A stretch of 46,147 nt of DNA. Origin: a virus. Its lineage: Duplodnaviria; Heunggongvirae; Uroviricota; Caudoviricetes. The stretch covers positions 128,001 through 174,147 of IMG/VR virus record IMGVR_UViG_3300001528_000192. The stretch is one strand, 5' to 3'. Below are positions 18,589 to 28,101 of this stretch, piece by piece; the stretch's first letter is position 1, and the number at the start of each line of letters is the position of its first letter. Below the pieces are notes generated by a model that had not been told where the DNA came from, did no database searches, and saw nothing but the letters and a program-made list of their open reading frames with translations. A program made the translations under genes and the position numbers.

Positions 18589-18792
18589 TTAACTGTTTTT
18601 GTTTAATCCACCAATACAAATCATTTGATCTTTTGTTATGGTTTCGGCAATCTCTTTATTGCTATTCCAACCAGACATAAAGTCATTGGTTGGAATATTA
18701 ATTGCGATGCCACTGCGTAGGTATACAGTCGTTATACCATTACTTTTATCTAACCATCCATCTATCGCTTCTGTTTTAATAAATCCTTTCAT
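18589..18792 (-). CDS. hypothetical protein
   Basis: ORF track. Confidence 0.6.
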   Translation of the reverse strand: MKGFIKTEAIDGWLDKSNGITTVYLRSGIAINIPTNDFMSGWNSNKEIAETITKDQMICIGGLNKNS

Positions 18793-18801
18793 TTAATACT
18801 A

Positions 18802-19482
18802 TTATGAATATTTCCAAATATACCCTCCAGAACTTTTTGACTTTCCTTTAAGGCAATTAGTTATAGCTCCAGGAGTTACACCTACAGCTATACTAGCCTC
18901 CTTTGCAGTATTAAAAGTTCTCACATACTATCCACTTTTGGTAAATTGCTATATTGGAACTCTATATTTTTCTATTGGCAATACCTTTAACTAACTGTCC
19001 TCGTATCTCCATATAAAGCCATATGCTCTTTTTCTTCTTCCATTACAACACTCAATAATATTGCTATGAGCGGAAGTACTTCCTATCATTGATTCTGCGT
19101 CTGAGATAGATTCAAATACCTTAATTAATTCTCCGTCTATAGAATACTAAAGAACCTTTCTGGACTTAATAATATTCTTTCTACCTCCCTCAGCAATATT
19201 ATAACATATCCCTCCATTCTTGTAGGTCTATATGAGATCCGATTCCAGCTAATTAGCCTCGTCTAAAGTTAAATCTCTTGCAATTATCTCAGATTTAAAG
19301 GATTCCCATCCGTATTTTTCGATAGCTCTTGCAAAGGCAGGTTGGCAATACTTACCATTCTTCTTAGATTTGTAAAATACACCATTTAATCCTGCACGTT
19401 CCTACAGACTCTTATAGGTCTAACCAATATAGACTTTTCCACTTGGAGAAGTGTATTTATATACTATATATTTTCTCTCCAT
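18802..19482 (-). CDS. free-standing GIY-YIG / NUMOD1 homing endonuclease with 8 in-frame TAG codons (TAG=Gln)
   Basis: 226 sense codons with no internal TAA/TGA: MERKYIVYKYTSPSGKVYIG[TAG]T...AIEKYGWESF...CYNIAEGG, then two NUMOD1-like repeats ending AYGFIWRY and GGYIWKY, TAA stop. Confidence 0.9.
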
Positions 19483-19485
19483 ATA

Positions 19486-19848
19486 TCAAAACCAAGTTTC
19501 AAAGTATATGTCTTCACCTTCCTCTAGAGTGTCAAACTCAGGAAGTAACTTGTCCTTGACGTAGTCCCTAACTGCTTCTACGTCCTCATAGTAGTAATCA
19601 TCATAGTCTGTACTTCCAAAGAAGAATCCAGACATAGTAGGAAGCAATTCTGGACCTTTTGAGTGATCCCATAAGACTTCCTCACATTTAGAAAGTAACT
19701 CTTCTGCATCTTCTCTCTTGATTGCCAATGGAGTCTGATTTGGAACATCAAACCCCTTCTTCTCAAAGAATTTTACTAGAAAGTTAACCTTTCTAAAGTA
19801 ACCAATTTCCGAACGCTTCTTTTTAGTAAGATAAATATCCAATCCCAT
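19486..19848 (-). CDS. hypothetical protein (MGLD...YFRK...GFFFGS family)
   Basis: Typical MGLDIYL N-terminus; start moved from 19884 to 19848. Confidence 0.75.
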   Translation of the reverse strand: MGLDIYLTKKKRSEIGYFRKVNFLVKFFEKKGFDVPNQTPLAIKREDAEELLSKCEEVLWDHSKGPELLPTMSGFFFGSTDYDDYYYEDVEAVRDYVKDKLLPEFDTLEEGEDIYFETWF

Positions 19849-19852
19849 AGCT

Positions 19853-20374
19853 TTACTTTGATCCAGTTGAATTAAAACCACCATCTCCTCTCTCAGTCTC
19901 GTCTAAAGAATCTACCTCATTCCATTCAATATGGAATACTGGTTCAAGAATACCCTGACATATACGCTCGCCATCTTCGATGTACACATCCTCCAATCCA
20001 AGGTTGATTACAGGTAGATGCCATTCTCCACGGTAATCTGCATCTATAGTGCCTGGAGCGTTTACAAGGGTTAGTCCCTTCTTTATGGACATACCACTTC
20101 TTGGACGACAACTTACTTGCCATCCTTCAGGAATAGCAGTAAATATACCAGTCGGGAGCAATGCTCTTGACTTAGGTGCAATACGAATCATTGGAACTGT
20201 GTGTCCTTCACCAGACCAGATAACCTCAGCATCACCAAATCCCTTAATAGGAGTATCTGGAGTTACACGACTTAAATCAACTCTAATATCAAAGCCGGCA
20301 GCTCCCGCTGTCTCATACTTAGGAAGAGGATTATTAGACTTGTTAATTACATTTACTACTATTTTATTTTCCAT
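19853..20374 (-). CDS. dut: dUTPase (trimeric)
   Basis: AAGFD, PRSG, GTIDADYRGE, RICQ and RGDGGFNSTG motifs. Confidence 0.95.
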   Translation of the reverse strand: MENKIVVNVINKSNNPLPKYETAGAAGFDIRVDLSRVTPDTPIKGFGDAEVIWSGEGHTVPMIRIAPKSRALLPTGIFTAIPEGWQVSCRPRSGMSIKKGLTLVNAPGTIDADYRGEWHLPVINLGLEDVYIEDGERICQGILEPVFHIEWNEVDSLDETERGDGGFNSTGSK

Positions 20375-20630
20375 TGTTGTTTAAGTATTTAATAAGAGAA
20401 TCAATTACATCTTCTGCTTCTGTGTAGAAAGCCTTGATTGGCTTATCATTATCTAGTATAACTGCAAATGGATCTAATTTAGCTCCGTAGTAGGACTTAA
20501 TCCTCCACGCTTCCTTTTTACTCTTCTTGGCTAAAGAATCAACAAAATGAAAAATCGGAGTATACTTAGAAGTATCTCCGATTCTATCAAGCTGACTCTT
20601 GTCACTGTAAACAACAATAACGTCTGTCAT
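20364..20630 (-). CDS. hypothetical protein, possible Cys-less thioredoxin-like fold
   Basis: YGAKLDPFAVILD resembles the Trx cis-Pro strand; no CxxC. Confidence 0.6.
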   Translation of the reverse strand: MTDVIVVYSDKSQLDRIGDTSKYTPIFHFVDSLAKKSKKEAWRIKSYYGAKLDPFAVILDNDKPIKAFYTEAEDVIDSLIKYLNNNGK

Positions 20631-20845
20631 AAAATAAACAATATGGCAGCACCGCAGGCTAGCCCAACAATACTGTCAATAATTAGGATAAACACAGCTT
20701 TCTTTTGAAAATTTTCTAAATTATCTTTTATTTGATAAAATAGATCTTTCGCAAGCTCATGCTTCTCCTGACTTCCAACTATACATAGCTTGCTTAAGCT
20801 AAGTATTATTAAAATAATTGCCCATATCTTCATGATTCTTTCCAA
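20627..20845 (-). CDS. small membrane protein
   Basis: Two hydrophobic segments. Confidence 0.65.
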   Translation of the reverse strand: MERIMKIWAIILIILSLSKLCIVGSQEKHELAKDLFYQIKDNLENFQKKAVFILIIDSIVGLACGAAILFIL

Positions 20846-21303
20846 AATTTACTAGTAATGTTGAGCATTACACTGTTTCCATTTTCATGGACTACCTTAT
20901 ACATAATCTGATTGGTGTTTGGATTATTTAGAGGCCCGAACTGCTCATTATAAGGTCCAAGTTTAATAAAATCAAACCACTTTGGATCAATATCTTCACT
21001 AAGCATTTGCCTTCCACTATACCAACCAACCTTTAAATCAGTTGTCTCCTTAATTAGTCTAGCTAAGGTATTAATATAATGAGGCTCTAAATCTCCTCCC
21101 ATAAAGCATACACAGGTAATCCCTTTGTTTTCCCCAATAATTCCTTTCAATTTTCTTGGAGTTAATAGAGTGCCTATATCTTCTGCTAAATACGGGGAGT
21201 GGCAACCTGGACATTTACAAGGACAGTTAGAGATATTTATTGCCAGAGAAATCTCATCAGGAATTTCTGCAAAGACTATCTCATAATTGACGTACTTAAG
21301 CAT
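20830..21303 (-). CDS. nrdG: anaerobic ribonucleotide reductase activating protein
   Basis: Radical SAM CPCKCPGCHS, FMGGD, IKLGPY; close to nrdD. Confidence 0.92.
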   Translation of the reverse strand: MLKYVNYEIVFAEIPDEISLAINISNCPCKCPGCHSPYLAEDIGTLLTPRKLKGIIGENKGITCVCFMGGDLEPHYINTLARLIKETTDLKVGWYSGRQMLSEDIDPKWFDFIKLGPYNEQFGPLNNPNTNQIMYKVVHENGNSVMLNITSKFWKES

Positions 21304-21315
21304 CCATTCCCATTT

Positions 21316-21969
21316 TTAATATTCTCTTATTTCCTTGGAATCTAAGTCCATGATAAAACACTTCCTACAATCTAGGCAGGCAAAGTCAGGCTGAATTACT
21401 TCCTTGTTCATTTGGGTATGTCCAAAGACCTGATAGAGGTTAGGGATATGCTCCTCCTGAGCATACTCTCTAACATCTCCCCATAGGATTCCTCCTACCT
21501 TCGAAACTCCTCCTCTCCAAGGAGATACATCAGTTAGAGCTTTATCATCAAACTTTAGATTTGGAACATCTTCTACAGAGAGGTTATTAACCTCTAACCA
21601 CTTAGAGAGTGCTCCAGCATGACTAAATAGAGTATCATTAACACGATAAGCAACTTTGAGATCTAATCTCTTTAGAAGAGATGTAACCTCATCATAGTTG
21701 CCATAATCACCTCTATCGGCAAATTCTTTATTTATAAGATAGTTACCATCATGATTTCCTAAGAGACAAACTACCCTAGATTTATTGTTCTCATAAAACT
21801 TTACAAGAACCTTTAAATTCTCCAAGGAATCATTTCTACTTACATGCTGCTGAGGGTATGGGTCGTGATAGTCTCCTAAAAAGACTATCTTTCCCTCCCA
21901 TTCCCTACAAGGCTCTTTCCAGAAGTCACGACCATGGACATCTGGAATAACTAAGATTTCATTTTTCAT
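21316..21969 (-). CDS. calcineurin-like metallophosphoesterase
   Basis: DVHG, GDYHD, GNHD, SHAG and GHT motifs. Confidence 0.9.
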   Translation of the reverse strand: MKNEILVIPDVHGRDFWKEPCREWEGKIVFLGDYHDPYPQQHVSRNDSLENLKVLVKFYENNKSRVVCLLGNHDGNYLINKEFADRGDYGNYDEVTSLLKRLDLKVAYRVNDTLFSHAGALSKWLEVNNLSVEDVPNLKFDDKALTDVSPWRGGVSKVGGILWGDVREYAQEEHIPNLYQVFGHTQMNKEVIQPDFACLDCRKCFIMDLDSKEIREY

Positions 21970-22162
21970 ACATTAACACTTGAGTTAAATAATTAATTGC
22001 TGCAAGTTCAGTATCATGGAGCTGGATGAGTTTACCATTAAGGTCTATGTCCCATCCCTCTCCATTAGCCCACTCAGTAACAGTTATATAGTCGCCATCT
22101 TTGGCAACATAACTGTACTTGCTTAAATTGTCTGAAACAGACTTGAGATTTTTCCTTTCCAT
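21959..22162 (-). CDS. hypothetical protein
   Basis: ORF track; EWANGEGWDI motif. Confidence 0.7.
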   Translation of the reverse strand: MERKNLKSVSDNLSKYSYVAKDGDYITVTEWANGEGWDIDLNGKLIQLHDTELAAINYLTQVLMYEK

Positions 22163-24330
22163 TATAACGTACTATAAGTTCGTTTTCCAGCTTCTATTTT
22201 TCTATCAGAACCAAAGGCTGTAATAGGTCTTAGATAACCAATGATTCTTGTATATTGAGTAATGTGAGTACCTCCACACTTCGGACATACCTTTATAGGA
22301 TGTTTCGTAATGAAATGACAGTCGTCACACTGACTATTAGGAATATTAAAAGTGAAGTAGTTAGTACCCTGCTTTACTGCAAAATCAATAAGTTTCAGAT
22401 ATTGCTCTTTACTTAGATGATCTTGTAAATTACAGTGAAGAGCAGACCCACCATCACAATAAGAAGCAGTTTGTCTTCCGTGCAGAATGAATTTATCAAG
22501 AACAGATGTATTATCATGAGCATTATAGAAGTATGAGTTATATAGGTTCTCATCATCTGGAACCCAATATCCGTCATTCTTATCCCAACGATAATTCTTA
22601 CCTCCTAAAGACTCGGCAGGAACACATTCACTATTAAACAAGAAAGGTCTTTTCTTGTCGTGAATGGAATGCTTCTTATTCTGTTCTTTTATAGTTCCAA
22701 GAACTAGTTGTAAGAATTGGATATAGTCAGGATTATTAGAAACCTCCAGACCTAAGAATCTAGCTGCCTCATTCAACCCATTTATACCAATCGTACTATA
22801 TAAGTCCTTTATATTTATAAATCCACCATTAGAAGAGGCATAAGCACCCTTACTCTCCCACTCATAAAGCATAGTTTTATAAGCAATATGATACTTATAG
22901 ACTCTCTCTAGAATTGAAGTAAGATACTTCACAAACTCTTCTCTATGCACTGAATCATTCCACAATTTCTTCTCTACAACCTCATCATGCTTATAAGGTC
23001 CGAAATAGTTCTGAATAATTCTATTAACATTCAGAGTAATTACATTAGCACTTCCTGTTTTAATTCCAGTCATACCAGATGTAGGACTAAATGTATTCTC
23101 TGCTAATTCATTCCTAAGTCTACAGCATGATGCAAGACTATCTGCACTATCAGATATATAGGTAAAGAAGGAGTGTCCTTTAGAATACATTTCTGCAGTT
23201 AAGTCTTTATAATCCTTATCTATAATATCTCCAGTTTTTGGATCATATACCATTGCCATAGTTTCAACTGGGAAAGCTACAAGCTGCCTTAATCTCCATT
23301 GATTGAACCAATTCATGAACAATCTCTGCAATGCATCAATTGCCCTCCATTCTGGTTGTGTACCATCTGGATAATAGAATGTTCCAAACAAGGAAGAGAA
23401 GTAAGTATGGTCATAGTATGAGATGTTAGTAAATGGGCTTTGGTATCCCCTGTTACCAGCAGGCTGATTGATTCCGCAAACAAATTGCTTGAATGCTTTC
23501 TCAATCATATTCCTCATAGTTCTAGACTTCTTACAAGTACTAGCTGTAACCACATCATCTAGATGTTCATACCATTTTTCTCCGTATTCAGCAATGATAT
23601 AATAATTCAAAGCAATGAAGTAAGAACCTACTGCTACAGCACCTTTACATTGAGCAGACAAGGTAAATATAGAATTTACCAACTGTCCACTAAAGGACTG
23701 CAAGTCATTCGGCTCAGATGGAGTAGTCTTGTCTAGGATTCCACATCCTTCTAACATTAGAGGATATAAGGATACAGCCATACAATATTGCTTTAGAGTT
23801 GGAGTCGAAGCCTCGTCATGAACATAAATTTCATGTCCTTCTATATCCCTCTCATACTCATATGCAACCTCTGGATACATTTGCTTAAGTTTTCTCTTCA
23901 TCCTATACCTTTGTATGGTACGGAAGTCATCCTTAAACACTTCTGGTTCCAAAGTAGCAACATTCTTGGCAGAAGTATTAGCATTTCCATCAGTATTGGA
24001 CATGGTAGCAGCATTTTCATTGCTATCTATGTATTTGTCCATGTAATGGATTTTCCTCCAGAGCATTCTAGCTCTCGACTGCTTATCCTTATAAGATCTA
24101 TAGGCAGCAGCTACGTCAGGGTAATCATAATCACCAAGGAGTTCAATTATTTGATCTTGAATATCCTCTATGCTAATGGTATCCCAGATATTAACTGCTT
24201 TTGCAATATTTGTTATAACATCTTTACTAACTTCTGTCTCACAAGACATAAAAGCCTTACGTATAGCATTTTCAATTCTGCTAATATCAAAAGACTCTAA
24301 ATTTCCTTCACGTTTTGTAACTCTATACAT
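22162..24330 (-). CDS. nrdD: anaerobic ribonucleoside-triphosphate reductase with N-terminal ATP cone
   Basis: VTKREG ATP cone, QSPFTN, SCCR, PAES, CxxC/CxxC zinc site, RIIGYL glycyl-radical loop. Confidence 0.95.
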   Translation of the reverse strand: MYRVTKREGNLESFDISRIENAIRKAFMSCETEVSKDVITNIAKAVNIWDTISIEDIQDQIIELLGDYDYPDVAAAYRSYKDKQSRARMLWRKIHYMDKYIDSNENAATMSNTDGNANTSAKNVATLEPEVFKDDFRTIQRYRMKRKLKQMYPEVAYEYERDIEGHEIYVHDEASTPTLKQYCMAVSLYPLMLEGCGILDKTTPSEPNDLQSFSGQLVNSIFTLSAQCKGAVAVGSYFIALNYYIIAEYGEKWYEHLDDVVTASTCKKSRTMRNMIEKAFKQFVCGINQPAGNRGYQSPFTNISYYDHTYFSSLFGTFYYPDGTQPEWRAIDALQRLFMNWFNQWRLRQLVAFPVETMAMVYDPKTGDIIDKDYKDLTAEMYSKGHSFFTYISDSADSLASCCRLRNELAENTFSPTSGMTGIKTGSANVITLNVNRIIQNYFGPYKHDEVVEKKLWNDSVHREEFVKYLTSILERVYKYHIAYKTMLYEWESKGAYASSNGGFINIKDLYSTIGINGLNEAARFLGLEVSNNPDYIQFLQLVLGTIKEQNKKHSIHDKKRPFLFNSECVPAESLGGKNYRWDKNDGYWVPDDENLYNSYFYNAHDNTSVLDKFILHGRQTASYCDGGSALHCNLQDHLSKEQYLKLIDFAVKQGTNYFTFNIPNSQCDDCHFITKHPIKVCPKCGGTHITQYTRIIGYLRPITAFGSDRKIEAGKRTYSTL

Positions 24331-24353
24331 AATTTATTTGGATTAATATCCAG

Positions 24354-24384
24354 TAAATATAATAAAAGTTATTGGAACTTCAAA
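24354..24384 (-). promoter_or_regulatory. Bacteroidota-type promoter upstream of nrdD
   Basis: TTTG-N19-TATATTTA (1 mismatch). Confidence 0.6.
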
Positions 24385-24387
24385 ATC

Positions 24388-25170
24388 TTAAGATAAATGC
24401 AAAATATTTTTAAGCAGCAATGTCTTCTCTACTTTATTTACTATATCCCTTGTATCAGCATTACTTATAAGTTCAGTGAATGCATTATATACATTGAACA
24501 TAGAAGTGCTTTCTCCCTCTCCTACGAAATAAGGAGAATCTTCCTTCTCGTAGAGAAGTTTATATGCATCAACAGCAGTGTTGCTAGCAAGCTTAACCTT
24601 TCCGAATCCTGTATTATAAGAACATGCTATTGTTTCTCTTACCCACATTCCGAGGTTCTCATTGATTAGGCGGTTGTCATAGGGTACCTCAGTAGACTTT
24701 AGTTTATCCAACCATACCTTTAAAGTGGAGGTCTGCTCCATAAGAGGTTGAATACATCCAAAATCTAAAGGTTTTTCAGGCTCTATTTCCTGTAAGTTTA
24801 AGAAGGATGGATTAAAAACGCATAAGTTAAGGCAAGCCATATTGAGAGCTCCTCTATAAATCTTAGCTACAGGCTTCCTAGTGTCAAGCCCATAAACCAT
24901 ACCTATAACTTCGTTATGATTGTCAATGCTGAACTCCTCTGGGAGAACTGCTTGAATCCAAACTCTGTTAAAAACAGTGTCTTCTGCGTTCAAATCCTTG
25001 TCTCTTGTAAGACTCATTTGATCTGGAAGCTTTGCTTGAATCCTAAAGTCCTTGGTAAACTTAGACATCCTATCCAAAAATGGTACAGCGTAAGCCTCAG
25101 CACTCAAATACTCTTTTCCACGTATAACGGTGGCTTTTCCTTTTAATAATTCATTAAGGTTTAATTCCAT
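24388..25170 (-). CDS. hypothetical protein, DUF932-like
   Basis: YRGALNMACLNL and SMFNVYNAFTE resemble DUF932 signatures. Confidence 0.6.
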   Translation of the reverse strand: MELNLNELLKGKATVIRGKEYLSAEAYAVPFLDRMSKFTKDFRIQAKLPDQMSLTRDKDLNAEDTVFNRVWIQAVLPEEFSIDNHNEVIGMVYGLDTRKPVAKIYRGALNMACLNLCVFNPSFLNLQEIEPEKPLDFGCIQPLMEQTSTLKVWLDKLKSTEVPYDNRLINENLGMWVRETIACSYNTGFGKVKLASNTAVDAYKLLYEKEDSPYFVGEGESTSMFNVYNAFTELISNADTRDIVNKVEKTLLLKNILHLS

Positions 25171-25251
25171 TGACTAAAATATCAGATTGATTGTGAAAAT
25201 GTATCTATAGTCTTAATAATCTTCATAATCTAGCTTATCTGTATTCAGTCT

Positions 25252-25283
25252 AAAAAAAAAACAGGAGAGGGTTATCCTCTCCT
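25252..25283 (-). terminator. intrinsic terminator
   Basis: AGGAGAGG-ATAAC-CCTCTCCT hairpin, then G and T10. Confidence 0.85.
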
Positions 25284-25288
25284 TATAA

Positions 25289-25603
25289 TTAAAGTATATC
25301 GTCTAAGTCTACCTCATCTGGGACTTCATCAGGATTTACTTCCCAGGGTTCCTCAAGTGCCTCCTGAGGCTCTTCTGCTGGATGTTCTTCTGGAGCGTCA
25401 ACAGCCTCATTGATTTCACCTAGACCCCCATTTAGATATGCGTCTAACTCCTTACGAGTAATTCCCTCAAGGGCCATACACTGCGCCTTGGACAGGTACT
25501 CAGTACCGTTATACGTAACTGGTTTACAATTTTTGTTTGGTTTGTAAACACCAAAGGCATATTTGTTTTTTATTGCCCTTCTAATTTTTCCTTTCTTTAC
25601 CAT
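25289..25603 (-). CDS. hypothetical protein, basic N-terminus and acidic tail
   Basis: ORF track. Confidence 0.7.
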   Translation of the reverse strand: MVKKGKIRRAIKNKYAFGVYKPNKNCKPVTYNGTEYLSKAQCMALEGITRKELDAYLNGGLGEINEAVDAPEEHPAEEPQEALEEPWEVNPDEVPDEVDLDDIL

Positions 25604-25616
25604 AGTAATTTAATTT

Positions 25617-27164
25617 CTAAAGATTTTCAAATGTTCCTCTAATGAGATTATTCCCTATAAATAAGTCATAAGACATACCATAGGAATTTCTGCTGAAGTT
25701 ATAGTTAGAATAATCGGAAGCCCCAAAAAGACTCAAGACATTTCGATAGTCCAATCTCTTACAAGAATTGAGAGAATTAGAGTGCAAATCTCCCTTTATA
25801 AAGTGGATATTATCTTTATGAAGTCCCATCTCATGAAGCCACTCATAAAGCATAATCTTTGATTTGTCATCCAGATTTAGAGGGAGACCTCGCTTCATAT
25901 ACTGATCATCCTTGCCATGACAGCATATAAATGTATTATCGTTGAACTCAAATATTCCAAAGAAATCTTCCCAGAATGTGGTCTCGATATTTGGAAATTT
26001 AGCATTCACGGTTGCCATCAGAGCCTTGTTACACATATACTCATAATTACCTCCATGATTACCACAAGGTACGGAATACAGATTTATGTGAGAACAGAAA
26101 TTATTCTCCTTTTCTGCCAGAGAACCTATAAACCATAGCATAAGTTCTATGAACTTATTAGCCTGTTCCCTAGCATCCATGTTCTCTGGGAGGTCATGAT
26201 CGAGTCTAGCTGTTTTACCATATACTCCAGCACAATCAATATTATCTCCCATTAACACAAGATTGATAGTATCAAAAGTACCAAGCTGATGCAGTCTTCC
26301 TAAAATTTCAGCAAGTCTTCTCTGAGCCTCAACAAACCCATACTTACTATTCTCCTTATAAAGAGAACCTGTAGTCAATGCCGCTCCTAAATGTAAGTCA
26401 GAAAGATATAGATTTACACTTCTTCCAACCTCTTTTCTCTCTTCTAGGAGAATAGGATTAAGATTCTCTGGAAGTCTTACTTTAAATTCAGATAGATCCT
26501 TCATCTGCCTTTTAAGCTCAATATTTTCCTGAGCATACTTCTTCAAGAGCTTCTCTGTATTCTTGATTTGATCCTCCTCAGCTTTACGAAGGAAGCTATT
26601 CTCCTTCTCACGAAGCTGAATTTCCCTAAGTTCATCCTCACTTAGTTCTTCAAACATATGAGGAGCGAAAGGAGCTGATGCCTTAGTAATATTGAACGCT
26701 CGAAGGATTCTCTTGAAATCAATAAGAGAAAGATCAACAAAGTGTCTTGAAATAACCCTTTGAGTCAGAGAGTCTCCATAGTAGGAGTAGAGTCTATGAA
26801 TAGTATTCATTTCCTCTCTTGTAAGTTTACCAGTTAGAGGTGCTTTGTCCCTTCTAAAGATTTGATAGCTATAGAAGTTAATCCTTCCATCTTCTCCTCT
26901 AAGAATAGATGTTTCAGCTCTATCATCGGTTTCAACTACCTCTTTTAGAGATTTCCCTTTCTTAGAAACAACTTCACTGTACAAACGAAGTAAGTTCTTC
27001 ACTTCGTCAGTTTCAGTATCATTTTGTTTCTTAAGACTAGAGATAGCCCCAACTATACTATTATAGTTCAATCCGTTCTTTTCACAGAAAAGATGTAAGT
27101 TTTGTCCGCTATTTTTTGCTGCGGTTAATATTTCAGTGTATTTTCTAACAGTTGAGTGTTTCAT
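25617..27164 (-). CDS. helical N-terminal domain + calcineurin-like phosphoesterase/nuclease
   Basis: SDLHLG, GDNID, GNHG, CHG and GDLH motifs; ends in TAG. Confidence 0.82.
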   Translation of the reverse strand: MKHSTVRKYTEILTAAKNSGQNLHLFCEKNGLNYNSIVGAISSLKKQNDTETDEVKNLLRLYSEVVSKKGKSLKEVVETDDRAETSILRGEDGRINFYSYQIFRRDKAPLTGKLTREEMNTIHRLYSYYGDSLTQRVISRHFVDLSLIDFKRILRAFNITKASAPFAPHMFEELSEDELREIQLREKENSFLRKAEEDQIKNTEKLLKKYAQENIELKRQMKDLSEFKVRLPENLNPILLEERKEVGRSVNLYLSDLHLGAALTTGSLYKENSKYGFVEAQRRLAEILGRLHQLGTFDTINLVLMGDNIDCAGVYGKTARLDHDLPENMDAREQANKFIELMLWFIGSLAEKENNFCSHINLYSVPCGNHGGNYEYMCNKALMATVNAKFPNIETTFWEDFFGIFEFNDNTFICCHGKDDQYMKRGLPLNLDDKSKIMLYEWLHEMGLHKDNIHFIKGDLHSNSLNSCKRLDYRNVLSLFGASDYSNYNFSRNSYGMSYDLFIGNNLIRGTFENL

Positions 27165-27210
27165 TATTTTTAATTGATTTATTCAATTTTATGTTAAGCT
27201 ATTATGCTAT

Positions 27211-27247
27211 AAAAAAAAAACGGGCAGTCGTTTCTCAACAACTGCCC
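27211..27247 (-). terminator. intrinsic terminator
   Basis: GGGCAGTTGTT-GAGA-AACGACTGCCC, then G and T10. Confidence 0.88.
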
Positions 27248-27271
27248 TTAATATAGGATTTAGATATGGAA

Positions 27272-27823
27272 TTAACCTCTTTCAACTCCGAATACAAGAT
27301 AACTACCAACACGAGAACTCTTTGAAGGAGTGTATTCAGCCTCGAATGCAATTGGCTCACCGTCAACTACCTGCTTTGTATATGTGCAGATGATGTTGCC
27401 CTTGAATCCCTTGTTTACATACAAGTCTTTAGCAATCTCCTTAGCCTTAGCCTTAGTCTCATTTGTCTCAGCGATAACTGAGCCAGTAGCCTTATCAATC
27501 AACTGATAAGTGGTCTTATACTTACGAGCACCAGACTCATTCTTCTTGTCGTGGATACCATAAGGACGCTCACGGCTATCAGCAACAGCTGACTCCAATG
27601 TGATTGAGAATCCTACACCAGCAACATTCTTAGATTTCTTAGCAAGATAATCAAGCATAAACTGCTTCTTGTCAGCATCAGTTACGCCATTTACCTGCTT
27701 TTTCTTCCAGATTTTGTAAGCCTGTGTAGCATCACCCATAATGTCAAAAGGAGCCTTTGCGAGTGCTTCATCCTTAGTTGCTCCAGTTACTTCCATTCTC
27801 TTAAAATTCATAATTTGTGTCAT
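27272..27823 (-). CDS. hypothetical Lys/Ala-rich protein, monocistronic
   Basis: Own tandem promoters and own terminator. Confidence 0.8.
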   Translation of the reverse strand: MTQIMNFKRMEVTGATKDEALAKAPFDIMGDATQAYKIWKKKQVNGVTDADKKQFMLDYLAKKSKNVAGVGFSITLESAVADSRERPYGIHDKKNESGARKYKTTYQLIDKATGSVIAETNETKAKAKEIAKDLYVNKGFKGNIICTYTKQVVDGEPIAFEAEYTPSKSSRVGSYLVFGVERG

Positions 27824-27893
27824 AATTCAATAAAATTTAAAAAGTTTAAAACCAAAAACATTAATTCGTATCAACATCTTTCATCTAACATTA

Positions 27894-27924
27894 CAAATGT
27901 ACTATTTCTTATTGAATTACCAAA
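27894..27924 (-). promoter_or_regulatory. Bacteroidota consensus promoter
   Basis: TTTG-N19-TACATTTG, perfect match to -33/-7 consensus. Confidence 0.8.
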
Positions 27925-27993
27925 ACAATAATTTGTAAGGTTTATCTTAAGCTCTAAATTTTACCTTATCTTCTTTCGTTGACTTCGGTAAAG

Positions 27994-28024
27994 CAAATAT
28001 AATATATTATCTGCCCTACGCAAA
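27994..28024 (-). promoter_or_regulatory. Bacteroidota consensus promoter
   Basis: TTTG-N19-TATATTTG, perfect match. Confidence 0.8.
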
Positions 28025-28042
28025 CGAAAAGTGACTATTTTA

Positions 28043-28062
28043 TTGTTAACAAGTGTTAACAA
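28043..28062. repeat. palindromic operator-like site
   Basis: TTGTTAACA-AG-TGTTAACAA, 18 nt upstream of the -33 box. Confidence 0.55.
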
Positions 28063-28101
28063 AATTATCTACACAAAATAAATGAATCTACCTACTTATA
28101 A

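Noticed and set aside
18802-19482. Ordinary decayed pseudogene or non-coding gap
   Set aside because: Eight stops of a single type, several at Gln-expected positions, with no frameshift or TAA/TGA, does not look like random decay
25182-25226. 14-codon mini-ORF MKIIKTIDTFSQSI after the terminator
   Set aside because: Too short, with no supporting evidence
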